64,000 nucleotides of DNA from positions 18,726,001 through 18,790,000 of the forward strand of contig NC_045697.1 in the NCBI RefSeq assembly GCF_009834535.1. Reading direction: 5' to 3'. Below the pieces are notes generated by a model. The model saw only the letters and a program-made list of their open reading frames with translations, ran no database searches and was not told the DNA's origin. Below, piece after piece: positions 51,403-64,000 of this stretch (positions are counted from its first letter, which is position 1; each line of letters begins with the position of its first letter). Made by a program: the position numbers and the translations under genes. The stretch is from Camelus ferus (taxonomy: Eukaryota).

Positions 51403-53408
51403 TAAGATTATTGTTTTTCTGGTGGATATTTAATTAATAGCTAATAATAACTATCACAAGAATTTGCAAACGATGTATTATTATGCAAGTAAGACTGTGG
51501 TTTCTATTCTTGGCTTAATTTGCAAGTACAAAATGAAAATTAGAGGATTTGTCTCTACTGAAGAGGCAGAACAAAGTAAATTGTGGCTTATTTAGTAAAG
51601 GTCCTATGGCAGGATCTCTGATTTCACAAAATGAAATAATCCATAATTTTTATTTTGGGCTGCACGATGGTCCCTAAGTATTTCTGTGATATGTTAGCTC
51701 ATACAAAAAGTAGCTTTCCTTTTGGTGGAAAATGTAGTTCTATAAAGAAAGGTGACCCCAAAGTACCATTTTAAAAGGAAAAGGCTAAACAGCCCCCTAA
51801 ATTGAATTATGGGGTGATTGTAAAGAAAAATCCTCCCAGCTTTCTCCACCATGACCCTGTGCCTGTTCAGATGAAGAAAACCAGCAAGGCTGAGCTGGTA
51901 CTCATTCCACATGAATGTGACACCACAGAAATTACCTCTACATCAGACTAGTCAAATTCAGTTATAACAGGGCTGTGTATGTTTAATATTTGTCATAATA
52001 TCTTTCAAGTTTCAGCTTTTTTGGAGTATAATTGTGGGCTTTTGTTACTTGTTTTCTCACTTGGTTCCTGGAATTTTCTTGTTGAGTTTCTCACGTCTTT
52101 GTCTTCAGATAGCATTTTTGCGATAAGCATTTTGTGGACAAATGTTGCTTATGGGGGAAGATGAAAGATATTTTTTGGATTGGCTAGAAAGACCAAAACT
52201 GAAGTGGGAGAAGGAATGGAAACTCAGGCTTGGGTGTTGGGTTGAAAGGAATGAATGGAATTTTAGAGTTTGGGAAATAAAGGAAATCTCAGCATATGCA
52301 TAAGAGAAGGGAAATGTAGTATATACAATGATTTATGTGCTAGAAGAAATTTGAGTAGTATCTTCCTCAGAGACCTCTAAATCTGAGCTGAAAAGAACGT
52401 GAAACTTTCTAGATAATTTTATCCTCAAAGAGGATAAACAGGTGAAAACAGTATTTAGGACTCAAACCAAGTTTTCCTTTTTAGTTATTCAAGTTTACTA
52501 AGTTTCTGCTTATTTTATCTTACTTTACTAATAAAACAATCATATATTTAGAGTTAAGTATGGGAAGAAGTTGGCATCTACAGTTTGGGACATAGAAACC
52601 AGATCAGGATAGAGGTCCCTTTTTGTATGAAGTTGATACTGGAAATTCAGGAGTTTGTTTCTGTTTGTTTTGTTTTGTTTTTTCCATTAATGGAATTGTG
52701 TGTATTTAGGAGATTGTCTTTTTTTCCCCCTAAGCAAAACAGAACAAGTCAGTACCCTCATTACCTGAGATGAGTCTAGAAGGCTAGCCCTGCACTTCAT
52801 AGTGAATCTGAAGAAGAAATCGCTTCCCTTTATCAGTCGTGAGCTAGACATTGTTCTGGAGATGCCCTCAGAGTAATCTTGTAGAGTAGGCATGCTGTAA
52901 TCCCCATTCTGTGAGTGAGGAAACAAAATCAGAGATTTTAAATATGCTCAGTTTCACTGTAGTTAGGAATTGAGGGAGGCAAGATTAGAACTCCTGGGTC
53001 TGTAATTCTTAATTTCAGGGTTTTTTTCCTCTAATTTTCATGGCCTTCCGTGTCGTGTTTGAGTGTTAATTATCTACAGCATGGCTTAAGGATGGAGAAG
53101 AACTAGAGAACCTAAAGATGCCAAAAGAACACAAACTTTGTAATCTTAACTTTGCCCTGGATTATCTCTTTTACCATTAGTGAGTGAGCCTGGGCTGGAT
53201 CTAATGGAACTATGACTAAACAGATGTTCATTGTATAGCTGCCAAGTGGCAGTGTTGCTTTTTTCCCCTCTGGATTTTTTAAGATCCATTTTCATACAAT
53301 TGGATTCATTTATTAACTCATTTATTCTTCATTTCTAACAACCCATTAGGTTCCAAGTACTATGCAAAAAACTCCTTGCTAGGAATTTTAAAAGTCACTA
53401 TGTCATTT

Positions 53409-54137
53409 TGTTGCAGGAAAATGGGACGGGAGAGGATGGCCATGTCCCAGGTCCCAGGCGAGTTCCTGGGGACGTGCCCTATCAATTGAGGGTCCTTGGC
53501 TTCGCGCAGGAAAGAATTTAAGAGTGAGCCATAGTAGAGTGAAAGTAGATTTATTCAGGCAGATAAATACTCCATAGACAGTGTGGGCTGTCTCCAAGGG
53601 TGAGAGCACGAGAGGTCCTAGTAGACACACGTTCCATAGAATGTGGCCTGTCTCACTCAGAAGGGAGAGCAGCTTAGGAGACACACATTCCATGGACAGA
53701 ATTCGTGCCATCTCATGAGGCGAGAGGCAGCCTTAGAGCATGGGGTCAACCTAGGAAAGTGGGATTGGCCATGAGGTGTGGAGGTGGCTAGGGCTCAGTA
53801 ACTTCATATGCTAGCAAGTGGGAGAATTATTCCAGCTGCTTTGGGGAAGGGGTGGGGATTCCCAGGAATTGGGCCACCACCCACTTTTTGGCCTGAATGG
53901 TTAGCCTTGGAAATGTCATGGCACCTGTGGGTATGCCGTTTCCCATGCTGGTATAATACAATGGGTGCATAATGAAGCTCAAGGTTTACTGGAAGTCGAA
54001 TCTTCTGCCATCTTGGGCCTCAAGGTCTACTGGGGGTTGACTCTCCCACCGTCTTGGTTCTAACCAATTTATGTCCTGTCCGCAGTTGCTGTGTCATTCT
54101 TTAATGGTTGTGCCCTGCCCCCTTCCCTCCTGTCTAA
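53409..54137 (-). mobile_element. Solo ERV1 LTR, MER41-like, antisense to RBPJ
   Basis: Minus strand starts ttagacaggagggaagggggcagggcacaacc and ends cctgcaaca. AATAAA lies on the minus strand at 53550-53555. There are three internal repeat units of about 58 bp. TSD is not clearly preserved. Confidence 0.75.
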
Positions 54138-55599
54138 GTTAATACTACAGTGAATAGCTGAGGCTCAGTGGGGATAACAGAAGGGGGAGAGCTACTCAAA
54201 ATTACACCTAAGTCCAGATAAGATTCCAGTTTGTTAATCATTATTAAAAATACAAAGCTATAGTGGCTTATCCAAGTTAAAGTGGGTGATTTAATGGTTA
54301 TCTTTTATTATGGTTGCCTCTGTTTTCAGTTTCTTTCTGTTATTTGGCAATAGTCTGGTCAGTCTAAAACCCCAGTTAAAGAAAGCTCAAAGAATCTAAG
54401 CTTCGAGACTCCCAAGAGTGAAGAAAAAATGATGAAAAAGCCAGAGTAACTACTTGCCTATATTTTAACTTATTTGTATTATTAAAATTTCCAGAAAAGA
54501 CATGCATTGATGGTACAATAAGGGTAGAAACTTCTTAAAAGTATTTGATTTTTAAAACTGTATTAGTAGTGAGAGACTGCTAGCACAGTCCAGCCTCCTG
54601 GATGATTGGCAAGGCTTATTTTCTTCCTGGAAGAGGTCTTGTCCCTTACTCATCGGTGGAGTGCAGTGGAAAGAGGAAGATCTGATTTCTTTCTTGTTGA
54701 TCAGATTCAGGCCTTTCTGAAAAGCTGCTAAGGCATTAGGCATGAGGTAACGTGGGGACATGACCACAGTCCTCTTGGCATACAAAATAATTCCAGTGAA
54801 TGATGCTAGAAATATTTGGTCAGGAAGTTTTATCCTAAAATATTAAATTGTTCTCAGTATCCGCTTTTTTGCCTAATAATGAGTATTTGTTTGCATAACA
54901 CATCCGGTATCCCATTTATGTTAGTGGTTAGTTTTGCTGTTTTATTAAAGAAGGTCTTTCTATATTGGAAAATAAATTTTACAAAATTATTTTGTCTGGA
55001 GGAAAATTTCCATTGAAGAGATGGAAATGCCATTTGACATACTAACATTCCTTCAACTTTGTGTCAGGGGAAGTATGAATAATCATCAAAGGGCAATGAT
55101 TCTGCCAAGATAGTCAGATAATGTAAATGATGAAGTGTTTGGATTTTGTCTAACCTTATATATTGGGCTGAATAAAAAGGCTCCTTTGAATCTGTAAGGT
55201 ATTTTCCAGACCTCATCTCAGAATCTGAGGAAAAAGTTGTTGAATCATTCTCTGAAAAGACTGATTGTTTGAACTAGGAAATGAATAAAATCATAAATGT
55301 GTGCATATCACCGCCAAGTGGCAGACAAAAGCATTGTTTGTCATAATTGCTTAGAGGTAGCTACTGGGAAACATTAGAAAATAAAGACACATTGTTTCAT
55401 AAAATATTCTTTGATAGCAGCTGTTAAGCTGGAAGCTAGCCACTTATTGGTCAGACTTTTCACTGAGTGGTGCAAACTGGCCAACTGTCCAAATTCAGAA
55501 AAGCATCAATTCGTATCCCATTATAAAGGTGTATTCTAATTTTTCTTGTGTTAATTGAGTGGCATTTTTTCTTATCCCCACTCTATTTTTTTCAGCTTT

Positions 55600-55762
55600 G
55601 TTTTGTATTTTATTTATTTATTACTGTATTGTTTAATTAGTTTATTTTGGAAGGGGGTGGAGGTAATTAGGCTTATTTAATTTTAGAGAAGATACTGGGG
55701 ATTGAACCCAGGACCTGGGCATGCTAAGCATACATTCTACCACTTGAGCTATACCCTCCCCA
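55600..55762 (-). mobile_element. tRNA-Ala-derived SINE (Vic-1-like)
   Basis: atactggggattgaacccaggacctgggcatgctaagcatacattctaccacttgagctataccctccc. Confidence 0.9.
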
Positions 55763-55871
55763 CCCCCTACTCTCTTTAATTTCCTTTCTTTTGTCTGTAT
55801 TTTTAAAAAATCATACTTTTTCTTCCAGTTTTTATTGAGATATAATTGACATACAGCACTGTATACTTCTA

Positions 55872-55998
55872 TGGGGGTGAGGGGGAGGTAATTATATTTT
55901 ATTTATTTATTTATTTTGTAATAGAGGTACTGGGGATCGAACCCCGGACCTCGTGCTTGCTAGGCATGTGCTCTACCACTGAGCTATACCCTGCCCCC
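55872..55998 (-). mobile_element. tRNA-Ala-derived SINE (Vic-1-like)
   Basis: gaggtactggggatcgaaccccggacctcgtgcttgctaggcatgtgctctaccactgagctataccct. Confidence 0.9.
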
Positions 55999-56939
55999 AT
56001 TTTTTTGTATAGGTGCTCATCTTTTATTTGATTATTATATTACTACTAAAGTCTCTGGAATAAAAGATTTGATTCATCAACTAACTTTTAGGGAGTGGCA
56101 ATGTTGGAATATTTAAAATATGATCTTGTCATTGTGGTGGAAATAATATGAATGCTTATATTGGATTTGGTGCTCCCGTGCATCACAGCTTTTCCTGAGT
56201 AGTTGTACAATTGATATAAGAATAAAGCTAGTTCAGAGGCAGTTGCAGAGTCCTCATTTTTCTTAGGTTTATTACATGATTGGAAAGCACTTTCAGTATA
56301 GAATTTTGGTCAATGTTTTAAGTGATAAAGAATTTCTTGTCAGCCTGTCTGATTTTGTGCCCTGTTGGTTTGAGGCCATTTTTTCACAGTGCCCTTGAGA
56401 AAACCAGGAGCACCTGAGCTTTTTACAGTTTCAGTCCTCTATATTTTTTGGATGTGAAATACAAGTACCTTTTGTGATAACCTGTTGATTTGATTACTAT
56501 ATTTGGTACATTATACTAAAGCACAGCTCTTTGAGTTTTATAACTAGTATACCAGCCTACTAAAGGAGTCTTAATATCTGTCACTGTTCAATAAAATGCC
56601 AATAGGAAACAAGTTTCCAAAATTGATGCCTTCTCAACTTCCTGATAGTATGCCAGCTAGGTATTTGAGTCTGGCCATGGTAAGCATTGGGTGATTCCCA
56701 GCATCAGAGGCCAGCAAGATCCCTGTTGTAGGCTTGAACTGAGCCAGCTCCAGAACCAACCCAGCTAGTCCAGGCATCCCTCCACACTTGGAGTGACCTG
56801 GAGCTGAGCCCACTGCCTCGCCTGTGACCTCTGTGTCCACGGCCACAATGACAGTATGCAGGCACAAAAGTGGCTCCAATTCCTTTCTGTTAGTTCAGAT
56901 AAAGAGGAGAAGACCCCAGAAGTTTTCCCTCCTCACTTA

Positions 56940-57420
56940 GCTTGACCCCTCCAGCCTACTTGGTCTCCTTCCCCATTACTCTGGCCTCATCTCCTCTTGC
57001 TCTCCTCCTCCTCTCTGCTCCAGCCACACTGGTCTGTTGTTTACCCACTGTCCGTTGTGGTCCTTCCTGCATTAGAACCTTTGCACGTGCTGTTCCCTCT
57101 TCTGCAGTGCTCTTACCATAGATACCCATGGCTGTATGTTGTGACTCAAGGTCACCTTCTTAAAGAAGCTTTCCCTGGCCACCCAAGTCTTCTACATTTT
57201 AAGTACCCTTTCCCTGCTTTATTTTTTTCCCTCAGTATTTAGACCATCAGCTGACAGAGTATATATGTTATTTTAGTCATTTACCTTTTTTAAATTGTCT
57301 TTCTTATTAGAGTGTGAGTTCCATCAGGACAAGAATTTTTTGTTTGTTTGTTTTAACTAGTATATTCCCAGTGCCTGGTACAGATTAGGGATGTAAAGAA
57401 GTTTTTGGTGAATTAATGAA
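56940..57420. mobile_element. LINE-2 3' fragment
   Basis: ctctgctccagccacactggt...cctttgcacgtgctgttccctct...tattcccagtgcctggtacag...gaattaatgaat. Confidence 0.75.
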
Positions 57421-58929
57421 TATTAAATAAACCCAGCTCACTTCTTATAAATTATATATAAATTACCTCTAACGTCGTCTTTTGGAGAGTTGAGTAGAAA
57501 GTAGGTGCTATCATATATTTTGACTCAGTTCAACCAGTACTGTGGTAGGTACTGAGGGGAGAGCAAACAAGGAGACACACCTTCCCGTAGGATGGCCTGA
57601 GAGCTCAGTCAGCTTGATGGTGTCTGTGTGTGTATATATAGACATACGCGTGAATACAGTTCTTTTTTTTTTTTTAAGTCTGCACATTGTTGGCCTAAAA
57701 AGTGGTAAAAAGTGTAAATTTTTGCCAGATTTTAAAATTAGGAATTTCATATAAAATTTGACTTCAAGCATCTATCAGAACTGTTGGAGGATGTGACCAT
57801 CACTGGGCCCCCGTGCCCATAGTTCAGCCACAAGCAAGCAGCGCGTGTATCCTCGCTGCTTTGATTCCCTATTGTTTCCTTGTCACGAGAGTCACACACC
57901 AGTGGCTGTTCATCGTTGCAGTTAAGCTCTTTTTTTTCTTCCTTACGGTGGGTTTAAAAGAATTAAGAAAATATTTTCTATGCTCATAACTATACAAAAA
58001 AATGGGACTTACCATGAGGGCTATTGTGTTTCAAGAAAGCAAGTAGGGAACCTACTTCTTTGGGTTAAATTCCTACTTACTTATTGTACACCTGGCCCAC
58101 CCATTTATGTTACTTACCTGGCTACTATTTGAGTTTACTTGGCAGCTATTTGAGTAGGTATCTGAGTTTTCAGGCCCCTTGATGAGACATGGTGTAAATG
58201 TTTTAAAGTATGTATAAGTCAGTGTGTGTGATTGAACAAAAGAATTATACCCTACGTAAGGTCTGGATTGGTGGTCCAGACTATGTAAAGTATGGGCCTT
58301 GAGCTATGCTTTGAAATAGATAATTTTATAATTGCTAAGAGAATATTATACAGAAGTTAATCTAGGTGGGAAGAATTTGTGAGTTGGTTTTGGCAGCTAG
58401 CAAAACAAATCTGCTAGTTGTCTGTGAGTTGAAAGGATATAGTGTATTTTTCTGTCCATCATCCACATGCATGCAGTCATCCTTATGCAGCAGGATGTAA
58501 GATATAGAAGACATAGTAATCCAGTGATTCATTTTGTTTTTAATTTTTTACCTAGTTGTATTAATATTTTGAAAGTTTGTACTTTGGGCCATTGCTCTAA
58601 TTCCATTTTCCAGGTTAATTACCAAATAAAGTTAAGTGTAATATCTATACCAAGAATGTCATTAATTAATAATACCTCATTTCTAGTAGACCTTAATCAG
58701 TAATTGCAGATTCTGGGGTGGCATGCCATGTTTTGTAATATGTTAGAGTACGCTGAATTTGTTGAACTGCAGTAGTCCAAAACTCAGCTGTGCAAAAATT
58801 TAAAGGGATATTCTCTGCTCTAAAAAATATCTAGGTGAACTGAGTGTGTAATTTCAGTTATATAATTATTTGCATTACAAAAAGCCTCACCAAAATGTTT
58901 AGGAGCTAACTTTGTGTAGTTGAATATGA

Positions 58930-59175
<246 letters not shown>

Positions 59176-62100
59176 TAATACTATGCTGGTTCCCCATAAA
59201 AGTTCTATGGTACCGGAATATAGTTTCCTTATTTGTTTTTGTGTGTTGATTTTTTTTTTCTTTTATGGCTTTTGGCAGCACTTTTTGAATATATAAATCA
59301 GAACCAGAATTAAACTTCTCAGTCTAGTCGTGATTCATGGAGCTTGAGCTGTTGACGCATAAAGGTGGCACACAAAAAGTGTCCTCAGCTTGCCAGCAGT
59401 TTTAGCAGGCTGTGAATCTGATTTCTGTTGGGTGCCAGTCATAAATTTAGGAGGCTAATTGCTCATCCGTCTGACAGGGGCGTGGTATTCAAACACCAAT
59501 GAGGATACTAGTTCAATAATGTTTTACTCCACTCTTTTAGTCTTATACTAGAAGCAAAGTATAATGGGTTATATAAAGATCGTAAATGTTTTACTTACTT
59601 TCACTGTGGAGCAGAACTATGCTGTGTAGACAAGAACAGCCATAATTAGCTTTACTCACTTACAGGGATTTTCTTTGGTTAACTTGCTAGGGAATAAAAT
59701 CTATGAATTAGTTTTAGTAATTGTGTATTATGAAATTAGAAAGCAGTCATTTCAGTCTCTACCATTAGTATTCAAAAATAGTTCTTCACTGACTTAGCAT
59801 TAACTATTACTTTGTTTTCCCTTGATATTAAAATTTGAAAAATATTTAATTCTGATCTCAGCTGACCACAAGAATGTTTTTTAAAACAGTGCATAAAAAG
59901 CTATATCCTTATTCAGTAAGTCTTGTTGAATATCTTAGTATTTGCTGTGTTATAGTTGACACTAGGGATAGGAGTTCGAGGGCAAGGTTGAGGGTGGTGA
60001 ACTAGGGGATCTGTATTCTCAAATTCAATTTTAGTCACTTTACAGATAGCAAGCACAATAAGAAGACTTAATATCAACCTCTTCAAATCTGAGTATGTTT
60101 ATGTCATTTGTGTCTTTATAATTTTCATCGGTAAGGCTTGTCAACTATGTATTTTAAATTAGGTGTGGGATAAAACCTACAATAAAAGTTGTTTCATCTT
60201 AAAATAGAGCAGTATAAAATATTTCTGAATTATAACCCTTGAGCCAAAGTAAAAGATATATTTAAGTAGTGGGTTGAACAAATAATCCTTGGTCATATCT
60301 CATCTGTTTTTCGTTGTATAGAAAGTCTCAGTTACATGTCTCCAAGCTGTGCATCTAGACACTTGGAACTGTGAATGATAACCAGATAGGTCGTGAGAAG
60401 CCAGGGACTCTAGCTACATGTGCATGTAACTGTGTTAATTGACCTTCAGTGCTCACTTTGACCGATTTCAGCTTCCAGCAGTTTTAAGGGAGGCGATGCC
60501 AAACAGCATCCCCTCTTGCCTTTCTCAGCATCATTGCCTAGCACATCTTTCTTCAACTTCTATTGTTATATCCTTTCCCCAAGCCCTAGAAATTTGCAGA
60601 AGAGAAAATGAAAACCTGAGAGCTTGAGCATTAACTAGTACTTGAAACACCTCGTTTATAGGCTGGTAGAGTGTCTATAAGCCAAAATTATATGTTACTA
60701 TTTAGTTTTAATCAAAAATCCTATTAGAGAAGTCTGTATAGAGTAAGACTTGTTGAGAGTCAGGAGGAGGCATTCTGGGCACAAAGAACAACATAAACAT
60801 GCTTGGAGCATAAAGGTACAAAAACGAGGTAAGTTTGGATCCAGGTAGGCAAGGATGGACCAAGTGGTGGGATGGATGCTGAACCTCAGAAAGAGGTACT
60901 TTGACTCCTGTCTCAACCTCCACTCATTTAAGGTAATATTTTCCTTCAAGTCTGTTCATTGAATTAATTAGTCATTATAGAAAAGGGAGGAATATTTATT
61001 TTGCATTATTGGGTATTTGTGCTTACTTTAATATTCATTATGGCAGAGTTCTAGTATATGTAGCCCCTATTTTTATTGTCATGATATTTGACTATATGTT
61101 GATAATATTTTGGATCTGATGTTTTTAATTTCTTAAATAGTCGTTTCCTCAGTTTTATGTCTTGCATAGTTTGCTCTGCAACATGAATTATTTATCTAAT
61201 AAGCACACTTGTATTTTTATTTTTAAAAATTATATCCCCTACACTTCTTTTGCTAGCATTATTTTGTTTCTATAATTCAAATTCTAAAATTCAAATATTT
61301 CTATAATATCTTTGTAGCATTATACCTAGTATTTCTTTTTCATTTCAGGGCAAACGTTTTCTTGCCTGAAGAGCTTCAAAATTTTTAAGTTAAACTGTTC
61401 TTTGTCTTATAGAAAAATTTATTATATGCCATGTTCTAGAATTTTGTTATCTAATTTAGCCTTTGGTATGATGAAGCCTATGTAACTTCAGTTTTTATTT
61501 ACTTATTTTCTTAAAGTCGTAATACTTCTCTTGAGTCAGTGACTTTCCCCGGTTTTCTCTTATGAAATTTGAGTAGTTTGTGGTTAGTGGTCTTACAGTC
61601 TTTTAAAATATAAGCTAATAAAGCTATCTCAGGATTTAGATTTGAAATACTTACTTTTGTGATTAGGGATGTATTTCCTTTCCTTCCAAGGAGGTATACG
61701 TATATCTGCTTTTTTCCAAACGAAATCAAGTCCTTTGAGTGTAGGTATTACCATCTAATCTTCTCTGCTCTTTTCTCCTTTCCTGTTTGCCCGTCTATCT
61801 TCTAATTTATGCTACATTTCAGTATTTTCTCTTTTCTGATATAGATCATATCCCTTGATGTTAACACTCAAATTAAGTGATCTCATTATTTTTGTTATGC
61901 CTTTAGAATGTAATTGCCATCATTTAGATACAAATTTCATTTGCAACTGTCTGCTTTAGTGTATCAATACCCATTTTCCTAGACTTTGTCTTATGTTGCA
62001 GAACAGTCCCATAATTTAGGCTTTATTTGACCCTCAGTGCTTTTTAAAGTATAGCGGACTGATGACTCAGCATCCCTGAGCACTTGGAGGTCCCTGAGTG

Positions 62101-63359
62101 AAAGGAGTTGTGTGAGTGCAAAGTGCTGTTTTTTTTTTATTTTTCTTATTTTACTATTATTAGCTTTATCGTAACTTTGTTTTCTGCCGAACAAAGCCTC
62201 TCAAAGCTTTTGAATTTATAAAAACTTAATCAAGTGTAAAATATTCAAGATGGCACCTAGATTTTCTTATATAACTTTGCTGTTAAGAAATTAAATAAAC
62301 TATGGCACTATTTTTGTTCTGTTACTAAAATTGGCTGTGAGTAATATTTTAAAGACTCAAAAACCTCCACACATTAGCTATTTTCTGAATGAGTGGCATT
62401 TGCCCTACTTTTTAAAAGGAACACACAGCAGAGGTAGTAAAAGAAATTTGTTCAGCCTAATTTTAAAGTATAGCATTGATTTTTTTTTTAAATGTAATTC
62501 AGGTACTTTAAATGTTTAAGCTGTGTTTGAGCATTACTTACGCAATCTGGAAAAGGAGATCAATAATTTAGTCTCTTCCCTAATTCACAGAGATCAGGGG
62601 AATAGAAAAGATTTTAGAATTGTCATATATAGTTGAAATAGCAGCATTTCAGAGTATCTTAATTGTTTTGCAAGTGCTATTACTCTTTAATACTGTCTTC
62701 TCAGTTACCAGAATTTATTTTCTGGTAAACTGATGTAATACCTTACTGTATTTATTTTCTCTAGTGCCTTTAAATTCTGTTCTTTTGGTGAAACAATATG
62801 AATTATCCCATTCAGCAAAGTTGGCCATTTAAAAAAAAATAGTTCTTTAAAGTGTAATCATCCAGTTAGTCTAACATTGCTTTCTTCAGACATACAGTGG
62901 TTACTTTAGTGTTCGGCTATATATAAAAAAATTGTATGTACTATTTTGAGAAGGACCAGTGGTAAAATCTTTCACATAATTTGATTGAATTCTGATAGCC
63001 TTCTTTCTGTTTTTTATTTGCAGAAAGACAATTGTGGATTTTTTTTAACTGTAGAATTTTATTTTAAAAAAAATACTGCTGTAACACTGGTAATTCTGTG
63101 AAATAGTTGTAGAACAATATAGAACAAGAAAAGACTATCTTTTAGAAGTCTTTTTGATGGGCAAAACAATACAATGTTAGTATTTGGTATACTTGATAAG
63201 GAAGACTTTGTACTTTGTTTTCAGAGATCAATTTCAGTACTTTTTACAGTTGGTTTTATCAAGCTCTTCAGTGGAATTACTGCCTTTAAGTCTAACCAAA
63301 CCTAGTGATAGCCATTCTGAGTGGTAGGTGCATAACTAAGAGGGTATTGGTGCCACTAA

Positions 63360-63566
<207 letters not shown>

Positions 63567-63796
63567 TGAGTTTTCTTTTTTATCCCCAACTCTCAGCATG
63601 AATTAGTAAGACAAATTCAACTATTTTTTAAATTAAAAATTGCTTTTCAGTAGCCCATTCATTCTTCACAAATATTTTTGTGGCCCTCACTTCTGAAAAT
63701 ATCACATTCAATTATTATTGCTGTCTTTATTGTCTTTTTTTTTTTTTTTAAACTCAAAATGGGCAGTGCCTGGTCTAGGGAAGTAATTCTTAACCA

Positions 63797-63988
63797 GAGT
63801 TGGTTCCTCACTGCCCCCCCAGAGGCATTTGGAAATATTGGAGTTATTTTTCTTTTTGCTGTCACAGTGACAGAGGAAGTAATGTTTGCATTGAGTGTCT
63901 AAGTGTCCTGCAGTGCCAAAGATAATTCCTATTCCACAAAGAGTTGGTCCATGCAGAGTATCAAAAGCACCCCTTTGAGAAACACTCT
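63797..63988. mobile_element. MER20/MER3-like hAT MITE
   Basis: ccccagaggcatttggaaat...ttgctgtcacagtgac...tttgagaaacact. Confidence 0.55.
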
Positions 63989-64000
63989 TACATCAAATGG

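Noticed and set aside
53568..53712. Three spaced repeats resembling a CRISPR-like array
   Set aside because: They are degenerate tandem units inside an ERV LTR in mammalian DNA, with no cas genes.

Overview
This is AT-rich mammalian genomic DNA, almost entirely intronic, from the + strand of RBPJ (CSL/CBF1, the DNA-binding effector of Notch signalling). Five GT-AG exons splice in frame: 16375-16391, 35963-36001, 51306-51401, 59004-59169 and 63381-63555. Together they encode [164 protein letters not shown], i.e. the MAWIKR N-terminal isoform and the N-terminal domain. The gene continues past the window, and the main promoter probably lies upstream of it. Six tRNA-Ala-derived SINEs (Vic-1-like) point to a camelid genome. 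The rest is transposon-derived: L1, L2, MIR, MER2/Tigger, MER20/MER58, a MER21-like LTR and a MER41-like solo LTR. Repeat family names come from recalled consensus sequences, not from a database search. All other ORF-track entries look like noise or repeat fragments. I found no convincing new multi-gene system. The best leads are regulatory: a leader exon with five upstream AUGs that could also act as a poison exon, a MER41-like LTR carrying a STAT-type site, an intronic CpG micro-island, and inverted repeats flanking frame-symmetric exons.
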